From Bacilli bacterium (GTDB taxonomy: Bacteria > Bacillota_I > Bacilli_A > RF39 > UBA660): DNA of 64,000 bases. The position numbers were made by a program, and so were the translations under genes. The notes under the pieces are model-generated. The model was not told the DNA's origin and ran no database searches. It saw only the letters and a list, made by a program, of their open reading frames with translations. The DNA lies in the NCBI GenBank assembly GCA_016283935.1, contig JAEENX010000007.1:13123-77122 (forward strand), in the 5' to 3' direction. Shown piece by piece: positions 60,649 through 64,000 of this stretch (its first letter is position 1; each line of letters begins with the position of its first letter).

Positions 60649-63300
60649 TTAATTTAATGGAATTAAATCAGATGTAATTCTGTTTCCTTGATAATCAAAG
60701 GCATTCATTACAGCTACATATTTAACATCATCTTCAATTTCATTCATAAAGAAATGATAATTTGGATATTTATATGGAACTAATTCATGTCCTATATAAG
60801 TTGGATGTGATTTCCAATCTAATGTATAATGTCCACCTTCATCTGTAATTATATATCTGAAATTCCAGAATTGAACTGTTCTCCAATCTTCTATTTGCCA
60901 TTTTATCTTATTCTTAGATATATCTTCATTTGTTTCTTGTTTTGGAACAATACCATCAACATCTACTTGTCCATCTTTAACATATACTTGAAGATATCCT
61001 AATTCAGAACGATAATTTTTAAATCCATCATCCCAATTTTCCATTCTGGCGGATAAATTATATAAAGTTCCACGGTTAGTAAGTTTTCCTTGGAAAGCCA
61101 TTGCAAATGCAATATCACTTTCTCCATCTTCAGCTTCACCATCATCTTCTGAATCAAAGCATACTATTTTTCTATCATAGAATCCACCTAATTTATTACC
61201 TCTTAATACTACGTTATCTCCTCTAAATACAGGAGTATAATAACCTTCACCCATATCTCTAAATACTAAGTAGAATCCTCTAGCATAATTTTGAGCTTGT
61301 TCATCAGTTAATTCCATAGTAATAACTCTTTCATCCTTATCAAATTCAGATTTCAAAGTACCAGGACTAGATTCAGTATATGATTTAGTAATTGGAGCTC
61401 CATTATATAAATTATAATAATTACTTAAGAAATCATTATAATCTTTAAAATCAGCAAAGAATATTGGATATAATTTAGAAAGTATTAAATCTGTAGTTTC
61501 TTTATCAATATGTAATGGGTAATAAATAGATAATCCAGTTGAATTTTTTAAATTAGAATTACTATATACTACTGCATCAGTAATTGTACTAGATAAATCA
61601 TTAAATCCTAACTTATCACTAAACATTTTTAAATCAATTAAATCGTATCCATTATCTCCAAATTCAAGAGTATCTAATCTACTCTTAGAAAGATTACTAA
61701 ATTGGCTATTTATATCAACTGATTTAAATCTCTCATTTAACTTACTAACAACATTATCTACTTTGGATAAATCTACTAATGATAATGTATAAATAAATTG
61801 TGTTCCTAATTTTTGACTATATTCAGCATTTGAATCAGCAAACGAATTTATAATTTGTTTTCCTAAAGAAATAGAATCAAGTCTAGAAGCATTTTCAAAT
61901 CCCTTATCATATGTCCATCCAAGATTATACTCAGATTCTTCACTTGCAATATAATAACTAGCATATTCATCTAATAAGTTTGCCATTTCGATTGAACCCA
62001 TTAAACATGCATCAAAACCTATAAATTCAAATTTTCTATTTTTATTAAATTTAGTAGCAGCAAGTGCAGTTGCAATTTCATTTGCATATAATCTATCATT
62101 ATTAACTTCATCTACACCGTATCCAATGATTGGTCCACCACCATGATCCCATAAAATCAAATCATAGTATTCTGAATCTGTTATACCATCAACAGTATTA
62201 ATAAATGAGGCTAAAATATTTGGATCACCCATATTTAAGTTACCATTCATTCCAATTTTAGTATATCCACCATCTTTAACATGAAGAATATCTCCATTAT
62301 TAAGACCATCAATACCCCATTGTTTTGATCCACCTAATAATACATAAAAATCTGTAGCATCATCTTTTACTTGAGCCATTTCATAAATGTCTCTAGATGC
62401 AGCATATCCATTTGATTCCAAATCAGTACCTACTAAATATACTAATACTGATCTAGTTATTTTTTTCTTTTCTTCAACAGTTGGTGCTTGTGTTGTAATA
62501 ACTCTTGTTGTAGTTGTTGTAGTTGTTGGTACATATGAAGTTCTTGTTGTTACTCCATGTGTTGTATATACACCACTACTAGTAGTTGTGGTTGTTGTTG
62601 TAGTTGTTGTACTAGTATTCTTTGTTGTAGATTGTTGTGTTGTTTGTTGTGTTGTTTGTTGTGTAGTACTTGGTTTTACAGTTGTTTGGTATGTCGATTG
62701 TGTTGTTGATTGTGTTGTCTTTACTGTTGTTTTTTCAGTAGTGTTTGCCTTAGTTGTTGTTACATATGTAGATCTTGTAGTTGTTGTCGGTGTTGTTACA
62801 GGTCTAGTTGTTTGTGAAACAGTTGTTGATGTAACTTTAGATGTACTTGTAGTTCTAGGTGCTGTAGTTGCAGTAGTATTTGTTATAACTACATCATTAT
62901 CATCAATATAATATGGTACTGCATCATAATTAAATTGATATTCACCTGTATAAATTGATGAATTATTTATTAATTCTCTATTCTTTCTAGTATTTATTAC
63001 TAATGCAATTGTTAATACTATAATAATTGAAATTAATACAACAAACCCTATAATTACAAATAATTTACTATTACTCTTTTTAGGTTCTACAGGAGGTTGT
63101 ACTGGAGCTACTGGTTGAACCGGTTGTTGTACCGGAGTAACACTTTGAGCTATTCCTGCATTTACTGGTTGTTGCATAACACTATTAACTTCTTGTGCAG
63201 TTGGTTGAACTTGAACAAGTGAATTATTCTTTGCTCCACATGTTGGGCAAAATGCAGCATTAACATCATATTGATTATTACAATTTTCACAATTTTTCAT
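60649..63300 (-). CDS. Type-II membrane-anchored clostripain-like (C11) cysteine peptidase with an N-terminal zinc ribbon, Pro/Gln-rich and Thr-rich linkers
   Basis: CENCNN...CPTCG, a TM, a poly-Thr linker, then WDHGGGP (His) and FDACLMGS (Cys) as in peptidase C11. Confidence 0.6.
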   Translation of the reverse strand: MKNCENCNNQYDVNAAFCPTCGAKNNSLVQVQPTAQEVNSVMQQPVNAGIAQSVTPVQQPVQPVAPVQPPVEPKKSNSKLFVIIGFVVLISIIIVLTIALVINTRKNRELINNSSIYTGEYQFNYDAVPYYIDDNDVVITNTTATTAPRTTSTSKVTSTTVSQTTRPVTTPTTTTRSTYVTTTKANTTEKTTVKTTQSTTQSTYQTTVKPSTTQQTTQQTTQQSTTKNTSTTTTTTTTTTSSGVYTTHGVTTRTSYVPTTTTTTTRVITTQAPTVEEKKKITRSVLVYLVGTDLESNGYAASRDIYEMAQVKDDATDFYVLLGGSKQWGIDGLNNGDILHVKDGGYTKIGMNGNLNMGDPNILASFINTVDGITDSEYYDLILWDHGGGPIIGYGVDEVNNDRLYANEIATALAATKFNKNRKFEFIGFDACLMGSIEMANLLDEYASYYIASEESEYNLGWTYDKGFENASRLDSISLGKQIINSFADSNAEYSQKLGTQFIYTLSLVDLSKVDNVVSKLNERFKSVDINSQFSNLSKSRLDTLEFGDNGYDLIDLKMFSDKLGFNDLSSTITDAVVYSNSNLKNSTGLSIYYPLHIDKETTDLILSKLYPIFFADFKDYNDFLSNYYNLYNGAPITKSYTESSPGTLKSEFDKDERVITMELTDEQAQNYARGFYLVFRDMGEGYYTPVFRGDNVVLRGNKLGGFYDRKIVCFDSEDDGEAEDGESDIAFAMAFQGKLTNRGTLYNLSARMENWDDGFKNYRSELGYLQVYVKDGQVDVDGIVPKQETNEDISKNKIKWQIEDWRTVQFWNFRYIITDEGGHYTLDWKSHPTYIGHELVPYKYPNYHFFMNEIEDDVKYVAVMNAFDYQGNRITSDLIPLN

Positions 63301-63359
63301 ATATACACACCCTTTATTATCAATTTAATTATACAAAAAAAGATATAAAGAATAAATCT

Positions 63360-64000
63360 TTATATCTCTTTATTAATAATATCTATTATTTCTTGTTGTA
63401 AATTTACGTCATCTATACAATTCACTATTTTGTTAATATTAGCATTTAATATTAATCTAATACTTTCATCTTTAGATAAGCCTCTAGACATTAAATAGAA
63501 TAACTTTTCTTCATCTATTTTACCTGTTGATACACCATGAGCTCCATCTACACTTTCTTCATGACATAACATCATTGGTAAACTCTTAGATTTAGCTTCA
63601 TCTGATAATAATATACAATTTTCATTCTCATGACCAATTGAATCAGATGATCCTTCTTTAAAATCTAGTGTTCCTTTAAATGATTTCTTGGATTTATCAT
63701 TTAATAATCCTTCAACAACTAATTCAGAATTAGTATTAGGTTTATTTAAATTTATTAAATAATTCATATCTATAATATCTTCATTTATACCTAAATATAA
63801 ATTGTTTAAATTATATGTACTATTACTACTATTTAAATCAGTTAATAAATTAGATAATTTAACTTTACCACCTATATCTATAAAATTAGTAGTCATATTA
63901 CTATCTACTAAAGTATTAGTAAATTCAATTATATTATATGCTTCCTTATCTAATAAATTAATAACATTTAATTTAATATTACTATTATTTAAACTAGTAT
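63360..64000 (-). CDS. sufD: SufB/SufD-family Fe-S assembly protein (C-terminal part; the ORF continues past the window end)
   Basis: C-terminal LLSDEAKSKSLPMM..CHEESVDGAHGVSTGKIDEEKLFYLMSRG matches the SufBD C-terminal domain. The frame upstream of the listed Met stays open to position 64000. Confidence 0.55.
   Translation of the reverse strand, partial: TSLNNSNIKLNVINLLDKEAYNIIEFTNTLVDSNMTTNFIDIGGKVKLSNLLTDLNSSNSTYNLNNLYLGINEDIIDMNYLINLNKPNTNSELVVEGLLNDKSKKSFKGTLDFKEGSSDSIGHENENCILLSDEAKSKSLPMMLCHEESVDGAHGVSTGKIDEEKLFYLMSRGLSKDESIRLILNANINKIVNCIDDVNLQQEIIDIINKEI

Noticed and set aside
62387-62911. 174-aa V/C-rich ORF and apparent repeats in the Thr-rich stretch of the C11 gene
   Set aside because: It is the antisense of a poly-Thr (ACN) coding tract. 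The periodicity is coding low complexity, not a CRISPR or satellite array.

Overview
This 64-kb window is an AT-rich (low-GC) chromosomal segment that reads as a Firmicutes-type genome using the standard genetic code; valS, nrdD and dnaE are intact with no in-frame TGA problem. About 90% of the genes lie on the minus strand.

Recognisable housekeeping genes, listed left to right by coordinate:
- lysS (partial) behind a T-box leader.
- HD-domain gene plus valS behind a second T-box leader.
- nrdD-nrdG.
- a heterodimeric ABCB exporter pair.
- an amidohydrolase.
- the rlmN-stp-prkC-rsgA-rpe operon.
- ffh, dnaE, rpmB (absent from the ORF track), rnj, pta, eno, and a partial sufD-like gene.

I found no rRNA, tRNA, CRISPR array, transposase or integrase.

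The accessory content is dominated by cell-surface proteins:
- A sortase-B-style system. A GH5 glycosidase ends in an NPNTG sorting signal. Two tandem paralogs (462 aa each) carry a complete NPPTG sorting signal in the middle of the protein, followed by a second TM segment and a Cys-rich domain.
- Many Thr-rich, mucin-like linkers across unrelated surface proteins.
- A membrane-anchored clostripain-like (C11) peptidase.

The most notable locus is 48.7-54.7 kb. An ER/archaeal-type (S26B, SipW/Sec11-like) signal peptidase is fused to a ~250-aa, 8-TM N-terminal domain. Three proteins in the same locus share a TasA/SipW-cognate-style N-terminal signal:
- a small 206-aa protein (GC about 35% by hand count over two 100-nt stretches) with its own promoter and terminator.
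- a large 518-aa protein with PDEP repeats.
- a 2-TM protein whose gene overlaps the peptidase gene.

An NlpC/P60-Big_2 wall hydrolase closes the locus. Immediately downstream sit a degenerate fused ABC exporter and a C39-like lipoprotein. I read this as a candidate sortase-independent, SipW-type surface-fibre or secretion system with an unusual fusion peptidase.

All calls rest on motif recognition by eye from the supplied translations. No database searches were run.
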